Source of the DNA: Thermoleophilia bacterium
GTDB lineage: Bacteria > Actinomycetota > Thermoleophilia > UBA2241
NCBI GenBank assembly: GCA_016933475.1
Contig: JAFGAW010000027.1
Location: forward strand, 403 to 64,402
Direction: 5' to 3'
DNA: 64,000 nucleotides
Shown: piece by piece, positions 1 through 12,189 of the stretch
How positions within the stretch are numbered: the stretch's first letter is position 1
Layout: every line of letters starts with the position of its first letter
Program-made: the position numbers and the translations under genes
Notes under the pieces: generated by a model
Told to the model about the DNA's origin: nothing
The model's database searches: none
Seen by the model: the letters and a program-made list of their open reading frames with translations, nothing else

Positions 1-2
1 CC

Positions 3-1580
3 GACATCCCCAAGGTCCTTCACGAGGTCTGCGGACGGCCGATGCTGGCCTATGTGATCGACGCCGCGCTGAGCGTGTCGCCGGCGCGCATCGTGGTCGT
101 GACCGGGCCGGAGCAGGACGCCATCGCCGACGCCCTGCCGGTAGGGTGCGAGCGCGCCCTGCAGGCGGAGCGACGCGGCACCGGCGACGCCGTGCGCGCC
201 GGCCTCGAGCCGCTCGAGGGCTTCGACGGCGACGTGGTCGTGCTGGTCGGCGACGCGCCGCTCGTCGACGGGCAGTTCCTCGAGGGCCTCGTCGAAGCGC
301 ACCGGGCGACCGGCGCCCGGGCGACGGTCGCCACCGCGGTGCTCGGCGAGCCGGCGCACTACGGGCGCGTCGTGCGCGACGCCTCGGGTGCCGTGGCGCG
401 CATCGTCGAGGCGCGCGACGCCGACGCCGACGAAGCCCGCCTCAACGAGGTGAACACCGGCTTCTACGTCTTCGACGCCGCCCTGCTGCGGGCGGTGCTG
501 CCGCGCCTGCAGCCGGCCAACGCGCAGGGCGAGCTCTACCTCACCGACGCCGTGCACCTCGCCCTCGACGACGGGGCCCGGGTCGATGCGTACGTCGCCG
601 AGGAGCCGGAGGTGATGCTCGCCATCAACTCGCGAGTCGAGCTCGCCGAGGTCAACGCCCTCATGCGTCGCCGCCTGCTCGAGCGTCTCATGCTCGCCGG
701 GGTGACGGTCGAAGACCCGGCGACGACGTACGTCGACTGGGGCGTCGAGGTCGGGCGCGACACCGTCCTGCGGGCGAACACGCACCTGCTCGGGCGCACG
801 ACCGTCGGCGCCGCATCCGAGATCGGGCCGGGCGCCTACCTGCGCGACGCCTTCGTCGGCGACCGCGCCCGCGTCGTCGCCTCGCAGTTGCACGACTGCG
901 TCGTGGGCTCGCGCTGCTCCGTGGGGCCCTACGCGTACATCCGCCCCAACACCGTCCTCGCGGAGGGGGCCCGGGCCGGCACCTTCGTCGAGATCAAGAA
1001 CAGCCGCGTCGGCGAGGGCAGCAAGGTGCCGCACCTGAGCTACGTCGGCGACGCGACCATCGGCCGCGGCAGCAACATCGCTGCCGGCAACATCACCGCC
1101 AACTACGACGGCGAGCACAAGCACCCGACGCACATCGGCGACGACGTGCACACGGGCAGCGACACGACGTTCGTGGCCCCGGTCACCGTCGGCGACGGCG
1201 CCTACACGGCGGCCGGCTCGGTGATCACGCAGGACGTGCCGCCGGGCTCGCTCGCCGTCGCCCGCGCCCGGCAGCAGACGATCCCCGGGTACACGGGGCG
1301 TCGCGCCGCCCGCCGTCTCGCCGAGCAGGTGGCGGCCGAGCAGGCGGCGGCCGAGCAGGCGGCGGTCGAGCGTGACGCCGTCGGCGGCGCGTCCGCCGAC
1401 GCAACGCTCACCGACGACGCGCCGCCGCCCGCCGACGCGCCCGCCGACGCGCCGCCGCGGGGCGACTCACCCGGCGCGAACGCGCCGATCCCGGGCGACC
1501 AGGACGCGCCGATCCGGGGCGACGAGGGTTCGCCGTCCGCCGGCGGCAGCCCCGCCGGCGCCCCGCCGGCGCGGCCCTGA
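3..1580 (+). CDS. glmU: Bifunctional UDP-GlcNAc pyrophosphorylase / glucosamine-1-P acetyltransferase, 5'-truncated by the window edge
   Basis: Frame open from position 3 (DIPKVLHEVCGRPML); GTGDAV, NAQGELYLTD, hexapeptide repeats, VPHLSYVGDA, NYDG motifs; upstream of prs. Confidence 0.97.
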   Translation, partial: DIPKVLHEVCGRPMLAYVIDAALSVSPARIVVVTGPEQDAIADALPVGCERALQAERRGTGDAVRAGLEPLEGFDGDVVVLVGDAPLVDGQFLEGLVEAHRATGARATVATAVLGEPAHYGRVVRDASGAVARIVEARDADADEARLNEVNTGFYVFDAALLRAVLPRLQPANAQGELYLTDAVHLALDDGARVDAYVAEEPEVMLAINSRVELAEVNALMRRRLLERLMLAGVTVEDPATTYVDWGVEVGRDTVLRANTHLLGRTTVGAASEIGPGAYLRDAFVGDRARVVASQLHDCVVGSRCSVGPYAYIRPNTVLAEGARAGTFVEIKNSRVGEGSKVPHLSYVGDATIGRGSNIAAGNITANYDGEHKHPTHIGDDVHTGSDTTFVAPVTVGDGAYTAAGSVITQDVPPGSLAVARARQQTIPGYTGRRAARRLAEQVAAEQAAAEQAAVERDAVGGASADATLTDDAPPPADAPADAPPRGDSPGANAPIPGDQDAPIRGDEGSPSAGGSPAGAPPARP

Positions 1581-1591
1581 CGGCGTCCCTC

Positions 1592-1600
1592 TGGTAGAAT
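1592..1600 (+). promoter_or_regulatory. Extended -10 promoter element for prs-rplY-pth
   Basis: TGGTAGAAT (TGn-TAGAAT) about 40 nt upstream of the prs start. Confidence 0.6.
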
Positions 1601-1637
1601 CTGCGTTCGGTCGGCGGCGAGCGAAAGAAGGGTAGGC

Positions 1638-2639
1638 GTGGCGAACAGCACCTCCTGCATCTACACGACGCAGAAGCGCCTCATGGTGTTCGCCGGGCGC
1701 AGCAACCCCGCTCTCGGCCGGCGCATCGCCGAGAAGCTCGGTATCGAGCTCGGCGGCGTCCTGCTCAAGACCTTCGCCAACGGCGAGCTCTACGCGCGCT
1801 TCGACGAGAGCATCCGCGGCGCCGACGTGTTCATCGTCCAGTCCCCGTCGGGCGTCGGCCGCCTCAACGACGAGGTCATGGAGCTGCTCATCATGATCCA
1901 GGCGGCCAAGCTCGCGTCGGCGCGCCGGGTCACGGCGGTCACCCCCTACTACCCGTACGCCCGTCAGGACAAGAAGAGCGCCGCCCGCGAGCCGATCACC
2001 GCGCGGCTCATGGCGACGCTGCTCGAGGCCGCCGGGGCCGACCGCGTCCTCTCGATGGACCTCCATCAGGGCCAGATCCAAGGCTTCTTCCAGATCCCCG
2101 TCGACCACATGACGGCGGTGCCGATGCTCGCCGACTACTTCAAGTACAAGCACTTCGGCGGGCGCCCGATCGTCGGCGTCTCAGCCGACGCCGGCGGCGT
2201 CAAGCTGGTCAAACGCTTCAACCACCACCTTCCCGAGGCCGGCCTCGCGGTGCTCACCAAAGCGCGGCCCGAGCACAACAAGGCAGAGACCCTGCATTTC
2301 ATCGGCGACGTCGACGGCAAGATCGCCGTGGTCGTCGACGACATGATCGACACGGCCGGCTCCATCATCAGCGCCGTCGAGACGCTGTACGCGAAGGGGG
2401 CCTACGAGGTCTACGTGACCGCCACCCACGCCATCTTCAGCGGCCCCGCGCGCGAGCGCATCCGCGAGTCGCGGGTCAAGGAGGTCGTGGTGACCGACAC
2501 GCTCGAGGTCCAGCTCGAGCCCGACGACAAGAAGATCACCGTGCTGAGCGTGGCCGACACCCTCGCCAACACGATCAAGAACGTATTCGAGGACGAGTCG
2601 GTGAGCGAGCTGTTCGCCGGCGAGAACCAGCTCTTCTAG
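1638..2639 (+). CDS. prs: Ribose-phosphate pyrophosphokinase
   Basis: FANGE, PYYPYARQDKK, MDLHQGQIQGFF, VVVDDMIDTAGS PRPP-binding loop. Confidence 0.98.
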   Translation: MANSTSCIYTTQKRLMVFAGRSNPALGRRIAEKLGIELGGVLLKTFANGELYARFDESIRGADVFIVQSPSGVGRLNDEVMELLIMIQAAKLASARRVTAVTPYYPYARQDKKSAAREPITARLMATLLEAAGADRVLSMDLHQGQIQGFFQIPVDHMTAVPMLADYFKYKHFGGRPIVGVSADAGGVKLVKRFNHHLPEAGLAVLTKARPEHNKAETLHFIGDVDGKIAVVVDDMIDTAGSIISAVETLYAKGAYEVYVTATHAIFSGPARERIRESRVKEVVVTDTLEVQLEPDDKKITVLSVADTLANTIKNVFEDESVSELFAGENQLF

Positions 2640-2650
2640 CAGGAGACTCT

Positions 2651-3325
2651 ATGGACAACGTCAAACTGCCCGCGCACCCGCGTCAAGAGACCGGCTCGCG
2701 GGCCGCCAACCGCCTCCGCAAGCAGGGGCTGATCCCCGGCGTGCTCTACGGTCACGGCAAGGCGGCCGTCATGTTCGCCGTCGAGCCGGCTCACTTGCGC
2801 GCGGCGATGTCGACCGAGGCCGGGCGCCACGCCGTCCTCGAGGTGGCTCTCGAGGGCCAGAAGCGCACGCACCGCGCCATCATCAAGGACCTCGAGCTCG
2901 ACCCGGTGCGCCACATCGTCACCCACGTCGACCTCCAGGAGATCCGTCTCGACGAGGTCATCGAGGCCAAGGTGGCGGTGCGCTACGAGGGTCCGTCCGC
3001 GGGCGAGAAGGCGGGCGGCATGCTCGACGAGGCGACGCGCGAGGTCACGGTCAAGGGCAAGGTCACCGACATCCCCGAGCACCTGATGGTCGACATCACG
3101 GCGCTCGAGATCGGCGACGCGCTCTACCTCAGGGACTTGGCGATACCCGAGGGCTTCGAGCTCCTCGACGACCCGGAGCAGGTGCTCTGCAGCGTGCTCA
3201 TGCCGCGCAAGGTCGCCGAGCCGGTCGAGGGGGAGGAAGAGGAGGCCGCGGCGGTGCTCGAGGCCGAAGCGGCCGCCGAGCCCGAGGTCATCGGCAAGGG
3301 CTCGAAGGAAGAGTCCGAGGAGTAG
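2651..3325 (+). CDS. rplY: 50S ribosomal protein bL25 (Ctc-type, long form)
   Basis: RLRKQGLIPGVLYG, HVDLQ, acidic tail; SD GGAG; prs-rplY-pth synteny. Confidence 0.96.
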   Translation: MDNVKLPAHPRQETGSRAANRLRKQGLIPGVLYGHGKAAVMFAVEPAHLRAAMSTEAGRHAVLEVALEGQKRTHRAIIKDLELDPVRHIVTHVDLQEIRLDEVIEAKVAVRYEGPSAGEKAGGMLDEATREVTVKGKVTDIPEHLMVDITALEIGDALYLRDLAIPEGFELLDDPEQVLCSVLMPRKVAEPVEGEEEEAAAVLEAEAAAEPEVIGKGSKEESEE

Positions 3326-3343
3326 GCGGCGGCCTGACGGGCG

Positions 3344-3946
3344 GTGGGCCTTCGCTCACAGCCGGTGGCGGTGGAGGCGCTCGTCGTCGGCCTCGGCAAC
3401 CCCGGCCGGCCCTACGAGGGCACTCCGCACAACGTCGGCTACGCCGTGGTCGAGCGGCTGGCGCGGCGGCACGGCTACCCACGCGCGAAGCGCGCGTACG
3501 ACGGCCGTGCCGCCGAGGGCCGCATCGCCGGCGTCGCCGTGCTTCTGCTCGAGCCGACGACGTTCATGAACCTGTCGGGCCGCAGCGTGGCGGCGGCGCT
3601 GCGCGCGACGAAGGTCGCCGCCGACCGTCTGCTCGTCGTCCACGACCACATCGACCTGCCGTTCGGCCGCCTGCGGCTCGCCGCCGGCGGCGGCAGCGGC
3701 GGGCACAACGGCCTCAAGAGCATCAGCGGGCTGATCGGCCCCGAGTACCACCGGCTGCGCGTCGGCGTCGACCGCCCGCCGAGCACCGACCCCGACGTCG
3801 TCGCCGACTACGTCCTGAGCCCGTTCGCCGAGCCGCGCGCCGAGGTCGAGGCGCTCGTCGAGCGCGCCGCCGATGCCGTGGAGCTGTGGGTCGAGCTCGG
3901 GCTCGAGGAGGCGGCGAACCGGCTCAACGAGCCGCCGGCCGGCTGA
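3344..3946 (+). CDS. pth: Peptidyl-tRNA hydrolase
   Basis: LVVGLGNPG, TPHNVG, PTTFMNLSG, GGSGGHNGLKS. Confidence 0.97.
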   Translation: MGLRSQPVAVEALVVGLGNPGRPYEGTPHNVGYAVVERLARRHGYPRAKRAYDGRAAEGRIAGVAVLLLEPTTFMNLSGRSVAAALRATKVAADRLLVVHDHIDLPFGRLRLAAGGGSGGHNGLKSISGLIGPEYHRLRVGVDRPPSTDPDVVADYVLSPFAEPRAEVEALVERAADAVELWVELGLEEAANRLNEPPAG

Positions 3947-3996
3947 GACCGGCGCGGCCGATCAAGACCGGCGTGTCCGGCTGAGACCGGCGCGGC
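3939..3996. repeat. Short tandem repeat (about 19-bp period, 3 copies) at the pth 3' end
   Basis: ccggctgagaccggcgcggc at 3939-3958 and 3977-3996, with a degenerate copy between. Confidence 0.8.
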
Positions 3997-4010
3997 AGAC
4001 CTCCGCCCGC

Positions 4011-5333
4011 TCAGAGATCGGCTCTGGCGAGCGCGACGGCGATCTGGTCCTGGGCCCGGCGGGCGCGGTAGACGTCGACCGGGTCGCCGTTCATCAGCAT
4101 CGCGACGAACACCTGGTGGCCGTCGGCGCTCTGCACGCAGCCCGAGAGACAGCACGAGATGCGCAGCGTCCCCGTCTTGCCGCGGAAGTCGCCCGCCGCC
4201 GCCGTCCCGCGCAGGCGCGTGGCCAGCGTCCCGTCGACGCCGGCGATCGCCAGTGAGGCCCTGAAGGTCGCCCAGTCCTCCCGCAGGCGCATCGCCCGCA
4301 GCAGGCGCACGACCCCCTTCGCGCTCAGCCGGTCGAGGTAGCAGAGCCCCGAGCCGTCGTAGAGGCGGTAGGCATCGTCCGGCACGCCGAGGGCGGCGAG
4401 GGTCTCGCGCGCCACCCGCAGGCCGGCCGCCGTGGAGCCCACGCCGTAGACATCGCGCCCGAGACCCTTGAGCAGCATCTCGGCGAAGAAGTTGTCGCTG
4501 TCCTTGTTCAGGACCTTCAGCAGCGTGGCGAGAGGCGCCGAGTACACGGTGTGCATGCGGCGCGCCCCCTCCGGGACCTTGCCGGCCCGCGCCGCGCCGA
4601 CGACGTCGATCCCGGCGCGCTCGAGCAGCGTCCTGAAACGCCGGGCGACGTACAGCGGCGGGTCGTCGACGCGCTCGCCGGCATACCAGTTCTCGTTCAG
4701 CGACAGGGCCGACAGGGGCCCGCACTCGATCCGGAGGTGCGGGCTCCAGCTCGAGACCACGCGCCGCGCGTCGAACCAGGTGGCGTCGCCGAAGACGCGC
4801 CCCTGGATCTTCCTGACGCCGAGGCTCTTGAGGTAGGCGACGAACTCCTGGATCGCACCGGTCTTGATGCCGTACGCCTCGCGCTGGTACGTCAGGGTGG
4901 AAAAGGCCGGGTCCCCATAGCCTTTGAGGTAGACGTCGCCATAGATCGTGCGCTGGCCCGGCTTCAGGGGCAGGGTGAAGAAGAGCGAGGTGGGGAAGCG
5001 GTGGTCGGCCGGCCAGGTGACGAGCGCGGCCGAGCTCGTCACGAGCTTCATGTTGGACGCCGGTGCGAGGAGCGCGCCGCTGTTCCAGCCGTAGAGGGGC
5101 GCGCCGGTCGTCCGGTCGTAGACTGAGACCCCGGTGCGCGAGGTCGCGACGCCGTTGTCGCGCAGGATCGCGCTGATGCGCCGGCTGATGGTGCTCGCAC
5201 CCGCGCTCGCCGGCAGGGCCGCCGCGAGCAGGGTGACCAGCAGGAAGAGGGCGAGGACGGCGGCCGCGAAGCGGCGCGGCCCCGCCGGCCGCGGGCAGTG
5301 AGGGTCGAGCCGCTGTCGTCTGCTCATGATCAT
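4011..5333 (-). CDS. dacB: D-alanyl-D-alanine carboxypeptidase/endopeptidase (PBP4, peptidase S13)
   Basis: Signal peptide, PASNMK (SxxK), GYGDP, SDNFFAE (SxN), DGSGL, KTGT; start placed at ATG 5333 after GAGAGG. Confidence 0.93.
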   Translation of the reverse strand: MIMSRRQRLDPHCPRPAGPRRFAAAVLALFLLVTLLAAALPASAGASTISRRISAILRDNGVATSRTGVSVYDRTTGAPLYGWNSGALLAPASNMKLVTSSAALVTWPADHRFPTSLFFTLPLKPGQRTIYGDVYLKGYGDPAFSTLTYQREAYGIKTGAIQEFVAYLKSLGVRKIQGRVFGDATWFDARRVVSSWSPHLRIECGPLSALSLNENWYAGERVDDPPLYVARRFRTLLERAGIDVVGAARAGKVPEGARRMHTVYSAPLATLLKVLNKDSDNFFAEMLLKGLGRDVYGVGSTAAGLRVARETLAALGVPDDAYRLYDGSGLCYLDRLSAKGVVRLLRAMRLREDWATFRASLAIAGVDGTLATRLRGTAAAGDFRGKTGTLRISCCLSGCVQSADGHQVFVAMLMNGDPVDVYRARRAQDQIAVALARADL

Positions 5334-5464
5334 GGCCTCTCGCGAGGTATCGGCCGGGGCGGTGACTGTCGTGAGTCTTCGCGGCCGCACCGCGGTCCGC
5401 CTGCCGGGTACAATGGGCGGGCGACCCCGTCGCCCTTCGGCGGCGGGGCTGTCCGCGTGCCACG

Positions 5465-8400
5465 ATGCTGCTTCAGGACCTTCTGCAGAGCGAGAGCCTC
5501 ACGACGGCCGCGCCGCGGCTGCGCCGCGGCGCGGCCGTCTACGCGCCGACCTTCTTCGCGCCCTACGTGCTCGCCGGCCTCATCGCCGCCGAGGGCGGCG
5601 GGCGGCTCGTGGTCGCGCCCGACGCCGAGGCCGCGGCGGCGCTGGCCGCCGAGCTCGGCGTCTACCTCGAACGCGAGGTCCCGGTGCTGCCGGCGCGCGG
5701 CGTGCTCTACGGCGCCGACGTGGCGCCGGCGCCGCACGTCGTCGGCCAGCGCCAGCAGGCGCTGGCCGCGCTCGGCGCCGGCGGGGTCGTCGTCGCCGAC
5801 TGCGTCGCCGCGCTGGAGCGCTTCCTGCCCCTCGACCTGCAACCCGAGCCCTTGTCTCTTGTCGTCGGCGAGGAGACGCCGTTCGATCTGACGGTCGAGC
5901 GTCTCGTCGCGCTCGGCTACGGGCGCGTCGAGCAGGTCCGCGGCCGCGGCGAGTTCGCCGTCCGCGGCGGTCTCGTCGACGTCTACCCCTCCATCGGCGA
6001 GCCCCTGCGCGTCGAGTTCTGGGGCGACGAGGTCGAGCGCCTGCGCACCTTCTCGGTGTACTCCCAGCGCACGGCGGCGGAGGTCGCCGAGGCGACCGTG
6101 TACGCGGCCTTCGAGGCCGACACCGCCGGCGACGACTTCCAAGGCGCGGTGCGGCAGGTCGAGGCGGCGTGGGAGGACGAGGGCCGCGACGAGGCGCCCG
6201 ACGACGTCGTCCGCCGCGCCGAGGTGCGCGCCCTCGCCGGCCTGGCCGGGCGCTTCACGACTCTCGCCGAGTGCGCCGCCGGGGCGGGGCTGTCGCTCAT
6301 CGTCCTGCGGCCCGACGAGACCTGGCGCGCGCTCGCCGACTTCGCCGCCGAGGTCGACCTCGTCTTCGGTGCGCCGACGCGTGAGCGCGGCGGGGCGGCC
6401 GGCGCCGCGACGGGCGCTCCACCCGCCGCCCGCGACCGTCTTTACGTGCCGCTCCCCGAGACGCGTGCCCTGCTCGCCCGTGGCCTGCAGCTCGAGGTCG
6501 TGCGCCGCGAGCAGGCGATCGAGCTCGCCGCCAGCCGGCCGCAGTTCGCCGCCCGCGACCTGGGCGGCGCCGAGCGCGACCTCGCCCGGCTCGTCAACGA
6601 CGGCTACCGCGTCTACGTCGTCTTCCGCCACGACGGCGAGGCGCAGCGCGCCGCCTACCGGCTGCGCCACCTGACCGCCGAGGTCCTCGAAGCCGGGGAG
6701 GCCGGGCGGGCGGAGCCGGCTGCGCCCGGCCTCTACTTCCTCGCCGCGCCGCTGCGCGAGGGCTTCGTCTCCGCGGATCTGAAGCTCGCCGTGATCCCGG
6801 AGCGCTCGCTCCTCCGGGGGCCCTCCCGTGAGCGGCGCTTCGTCGGCGGCACGCGCCTCGCCAGCTTCTTCGACGTGCGCCCCGGCGACTACGTGGTCCA
6901 CGAGGACCACGGCATCGCCCGCTTCGCCGGGGTCGAGACGCGCACCGTGGCCGGCATCACCCGCGACTACCTCCTGCTGCAGTTCAGGGGCGACGACCGC
7001 GTCTTCGTCCCCCACGAGCAGATCGGCAAGGTCAGCCGCTACATCGGCGCCGGGGCCGGCGCCCCGCCGCTCAACAAGCTCGGCGGCACCGCCTGGCTGG
7101 CGGTCAAGACGCGGGCCCGCAAGGCGGTCGTCGAGATGGCCGGCGAGCTGCTCCAGCTCTACGCCTCGCGTCAGGCGGTGCCCGGCTTCGCCTACCCGGC
7201 CGACGGCGACCTCACGCGGCGCCTCGAGGAGTCGTTCCCCTTCGAGGAGACCGAGGACCAGGCCGAGGCCATCGACGAGGTCAAGAACGACATGGAGGCG
7301 CCGCACCCCATGGACCGCCTCGTCTGCGGCGACGTCGGCTACGGTAAGACCGAGGTCGCCCTGCGCGCCGCCTTCAAGGCGGCCGAGGGCGGCAAGCAGA
7401 CGCTGGTGCTCGTCCCCACCACCATCCTCGCGCAGCAGCACGCCGTGACCTTCGCCGAGCGCTACGAGGACCTGCCGGTCGAGATCGGGATGGTCTCGCG
7501 GTTCCGCACCAAGGCCGAGCAGCGCGACGTCCTCACGCGCTTCGAGAAGGGCGACGTCGACGTGCTCATCGGCACCCACCGGCTGCTCTCGACCGACGTG
7601 CGCCCCAAGGACCTGGGGCTCGTGGTCGTCGACGAGGAGCAGCGCTTCGGCGTGCGCCAGAAGGAGCTGCTCCGTCACCTCAAGCTGCAGACCGACGTGC
7701 TCAGCATGAGCGCGACGCCGATCCCGCGCACCCTGCAGATGTCGCTCTCCGGCATCCGTGACATCTCCGTCATCGAGACGCCGCCCCGTGGCCGCCATGA
7801 GGTGCGCACCTACATCGGCGAGTACAGGGACGACCTCGTGCGCGCCGCGATCGAGAAGGAGCTCGCCCGCGGCGGCCAGGTCTTCTACCTGCACAACCGC
7901 GTCGAGACCATCGAGGAGGCGGCCGAGCACGTGCAGGAGCTGGCGCCGAAGGCGCGCCTGCTCGTGGCCCACGGCCAGCTGCACGAGCGCGCCCTCGAGA
8001 AGGTCATGCTCGCCTTCCTCGCCGGCGAGGCCGACGTGCTGGTCACGACCTCGATCATCGAGAGCGGCATCGACATCCCCAGCGCCAACACGCTGATCGT
8101 CGAGCGCGCCGACATGCTCGGCTTGGCGCAGCTCTACCAGATCCGCGGGCGCATCGGGCGCAGCGACGCCTACGCCTACGCCTACCTGCTCTACCCGAGC
8201 GAGGAGATGTTGACCACCGAGGCGGCGGCCCGCCTGACGACCCTGAGCGACCACACCGAGCTCGGCGCCGGCTTCCGCATCGCCATGGCCGACCTCGAGA
8301 TCCGCGGGGCCGGCAACCTGCTCGGCGACGAGCAGTCGGGGCACGTGGCCGCGGTCGGCTTCGAGATGTACGCGCAGATGCTCGAGGAGGCGGTCGCCGA

Positions 8401-8928
8401 GCTGCGCGGCGAGCACCTCGCCGGGCTCGCCCCGGTCCGCCTCGATGTGCCGGTCACGGCGTACGTGCCGCCGGGGTACATCGCCTACGAGGCGACCAAG
8501 GTCGACGCCCACCGGCGCATCGCCCGCGCGGCGACGCTGGGCGAGCTCGGCGACGTGCGCGCCGAGCTCGCCGACCGATTCGGCCCGCCGCCCGGCCCGG
8601 TCGAGAACCTGCTCGCCCTGCAGGCCGTGCGCATCAAGGCCGGCGACCTCGGCCTGCGGGCGGTGACGTTGCGCGGCGCGCGCCTCCAGCTCGACGGCCT
8701 CGAACTCGACAGCGACGGAGCCGCGCGTCTGCGCGCGGCACTCCCCCGCGCCGTCTACCTGGCCCAGCGCGCCGCCCTCACCGTGCACGGCGACGGCGCC
8801 GCGCCGGCCGCCGATGACGAGCTTAACGAGCGTTCACAGGCCCTAATGTGGGTCGAGCAGGTCCTCGATGCTATACTGGACGCTCGCACGACCGCCGACC
8901 TGTCGTCTGACTCCGGGAGCCACAACTC

Positions 8929-8932
<4 letters not shown>
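5465..8932 (+). CDS. mfd: Transcription-repair coupling factor
   Basis: GEFAVRGG, CarD-like RID (VVHEDHGI), [44 protein letters not shown]; TACAAT -10 at 5409-5414. Confidence 0.98.
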
Positions 8933-9978
<1,046 letters not shown>

Positions 9979-10018
9979 GGGCGGGCGACCGCCGCTCGGG
10001 CACGCCGCGGCGCGCGCC

Positions 10019-11293
10019 GTGGGCCTGACCTTCGTGTACATCGGCGCCGCCGCCGGCGCCGTGCCCGCAGCCTCGCTCCGGGCCCTTGCCGGCGGCGGCG
10101 CCGTCTTCGTCCCGGCCGGCCTCGACGACGAGCTCCGCGCCGCGATCGGCGAGGCCGCGGGCCCGGCGGAGGGCCGGCTGTTCGACGTCGATGCCGCTGA
10201 CGCCGCGGCGCTCGACGAGATCGCGGCCGCCGCGGCCGCCGGGCCCGTCTCCGTGGTCCTCGCCGGGCCGCAGGCGCCGCGGCTCGCCCGCGCCCTGCGG
10301 GCGCGCGCGGCCGCGGCGGCGCCGGCCCTCGAGACGGCAACCGTCCCCGCCGGCCCCGCCTTCGACGACCTGCTCCTGGGTCAGGAGCTGGTCTCCCTCA
10401 AGCGCATCGTCGACGTGCTCCGCGTCGAGTGCCCCTGGGACCGCGAGCAGACGGCGGGCGACATCGTCTCGTACACGCTCGAGGAGACCTACGAGCTCGT
10501 CGACGCCGTTGCCCGCGACGATCTCGCCGACGTGCACGGCGAGCTCGGCGACCTGCTGCTGCAGGTCGTGATCCTCGCCATGATGCAGGCCGAGCGCGAG
10601 GCCGGCGACCTGGGCAGCGTCACCCACGACATCGTCGCCAAACTGATCCGTCGCCACCCGCACATCTTCGCCGACGCCCGGGCCGACACGGCCGCCGAGG
10701 TCAAGGGCCGCTGGGAGCAGATCAAGCGCGAGCAGGAGGGCCGCGAGGGCGTCTTCCACGACGTCCCCGCCGCTCTGCCCGCCCTCCTCCGCGCGCAGAA
10801 GCTCCAGCAGCGTGCGGCGGCCGTCGGCTTCGACTGGCCGTCGGCAGCGGCCGCCTTCCCCAAGGTCGCCGAGGAGCACGAGGAGCTCGCGGAGCTCTTC
10901 GCCGAGGCGGCCGGTGCGGGCGGCCCGACCGCCGCCTCATCCGATGCCGCGGCCAGTGCGGGCGGCACGACGGCCGCCTCACCTGACGGCGCGGCCTCCG
11001 CAGCTGCTGCCGTGGACCCCGGCGCTCCCGACCCGAGCCGCCACGACCCCCGCGTGCGTCACGAGGTCGGCGACCTGCTCTTCGCCGTCGTCAATGTGGC
11101 CCGCCTCCTGCACGTCGACCCCGAGCTGGCGCTCCGTGAGGCGGCCGACCGCTTCGAACGCCGGGTCACCGCCGCGGCTGCTCTCGCCGCTGCGGAGGGC
11201 GTCGAGTGGGCCGCTGCGGAGCTCGAGATCCAGGAGTCGTACTACCAGCGCGCCAAGGCGGCACAGGAGAGCGGCGGTACCCCCGCCGGTTGA
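10019..11293 (+). CDS. mazG: Nucleoside triphosphate pyrophosphohydrolase MazG, with degenerate N-terminal domain (YabN-like)
   Basis: CPWDREQT, EETYELVDA, ELGDLLLQV, KLIRRHPHIF, GFDWP, EVGDLLF. Confidence 0.93.
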   Translation: MGLTFVYIGAAAGAVPAASLRALAGGGAVFVPAGLDDELRAAIGEAAGPAEGRLFDVDAADAAALDEIAAAAAAGPVSVVLAGPQAPRLARALRARAAAAAPALETATVPAGPAFDDLLLGQELVSLKRIVDVLRVECPWDREQTAGDIVSYTLEETYELVDAVARDDLADVHGELGDLLLQVVILAMMQAEREAGDLGSVTHDIVAKLIRRHPHIFADARADTAAEVKGRWEQIKREQEGREGVFHDVPAALPALLRAQKLQQRAAAVGFDWPSAAAAFPKVAEEHEELAELFAEAAGAGGPTAASSDAAASAGGTTAASPDGAASAAAAVDPGAPDPSRHDPRVRHEVGDLLFAVVNVARLLHVDPELALREAADRFERRVTAAAALAAAEGVEWAAAELEIQESYYQRAKAAQESGGTPAG

Positions 11294-11404
11294 GGCAGGT
11301 CCAGCGCACTCCTGTGCGGCTGCGACCCTCGGCCGGGGCAGCGGCGCAGGCGACGCGGCCCTCCTGCGCCGACCCGGCCCGCGGCCGTCCGGTCCATCAG
11401 CGGC

Positions 11405-12142
11405 TCAGCCGGGCCAGGTGCCCGCGAAGTTCTTCACGCTGCGCAGGGGAGCCTCCTGCTCGTCGCCCTTCGGCTCGGCGGCGAAGCGGTGGTTCCTCTT
11501 GCGCAGGTACTCGGCGAGGCCGTCACGCTCGGCCTCGAGCGTCGCGAGGTGCTTCCCGACCAAGGCATCGACGACGACGTCGTCCACGTCTCGTGTCAAG
11601 GCGATGACCAGGTGAGGTCGGCAGAGCAGACCGGGGGACGCCGCATACTCGGCGCGGAACGCGTCGTCGGCGAGCGCCTCGAGCAAGGTGCGGAGCTTGC
11701 GCTCGGTGGCTTCGTCGGCCGCCTCGCAGAGCCGGCAACGGGTGCGCGCACGTAGCGCGGCGACGACCTTCTGTGCGCGCCGGCCGCGCTTCCCCCCGGG
11801 CGCGGCCGACGTCAGCGCCTCGATGTCGTCGCGCACGAGGTCGCTCATGACGTCGGCGACCCCCGCCAGGTTGTAGATCTGGCCGCTGGCGGCGTCGAAG
11901 AGCATGCGGAAGTGACGCCGGCAGAACCCCTTCGAGGCGCGCAGCTTCTTGCGCAGGCCCACATCGGTCAACCCCTCGTAGGCGAGCCAGTGCAGCCGCG
12001 CACGCTCCTGTTCGTCGAGGACGGTGCACAGAGGGCACTCAGAGCGCTGCGCCGTGCGCACGGCGTCGCGCAGCTTCGTGCCGTGCGGGTCGCCCGAGGT
12101 GCGCCGCTCGCTCGCGTACTTCTCGAAGTCCAGCAGTCCCAT
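11405..12142 (-). CDS. DUF6062-like Cys/His (putative zinc-binding) protein
   Basis: Two CxxC...CxxH units (CPLC..GFCRRH; CRLC..LCRPH); SD GGAG upstream; family recalled from the motif pattern. Confidence 0.75.
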   Translation of the reverse strand: MGLLDFEKYASERRTSGDPHGTKLRDAVRTAQRSECPLCTVLDEQERARLHWLAYEGLTDVGLRKKLRASKGFCRRHFRMLFDAASGQIYNLAGVADVMSDLVRDDIEALTSAAPGGKRGRRAQKVVAALRARTRCRLCEAADEATERKLRTLLEALADDAFRAEYAASPGLLCRPHLVIALTRDVDDVVVDALVGKHLATLEAERDGLAEYLRKRNHRFAAEPKGDEQEAPLRSVKNFAGTWPG

Positions 12143-12189
12143 GCGATCTCCTGCTCCTCGGTCTCCCGTTCCCGCGGCGTCCGGCCGGG

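Noticed and set aside
5330-8788. Very long antisense ORFs (e.g. 5330-8788 -, 41545-44115 +, 46036-48084 +, 14766-16376 -)
   Set aside because: Shadow frames of real high-GC genes; no recognisable motifs
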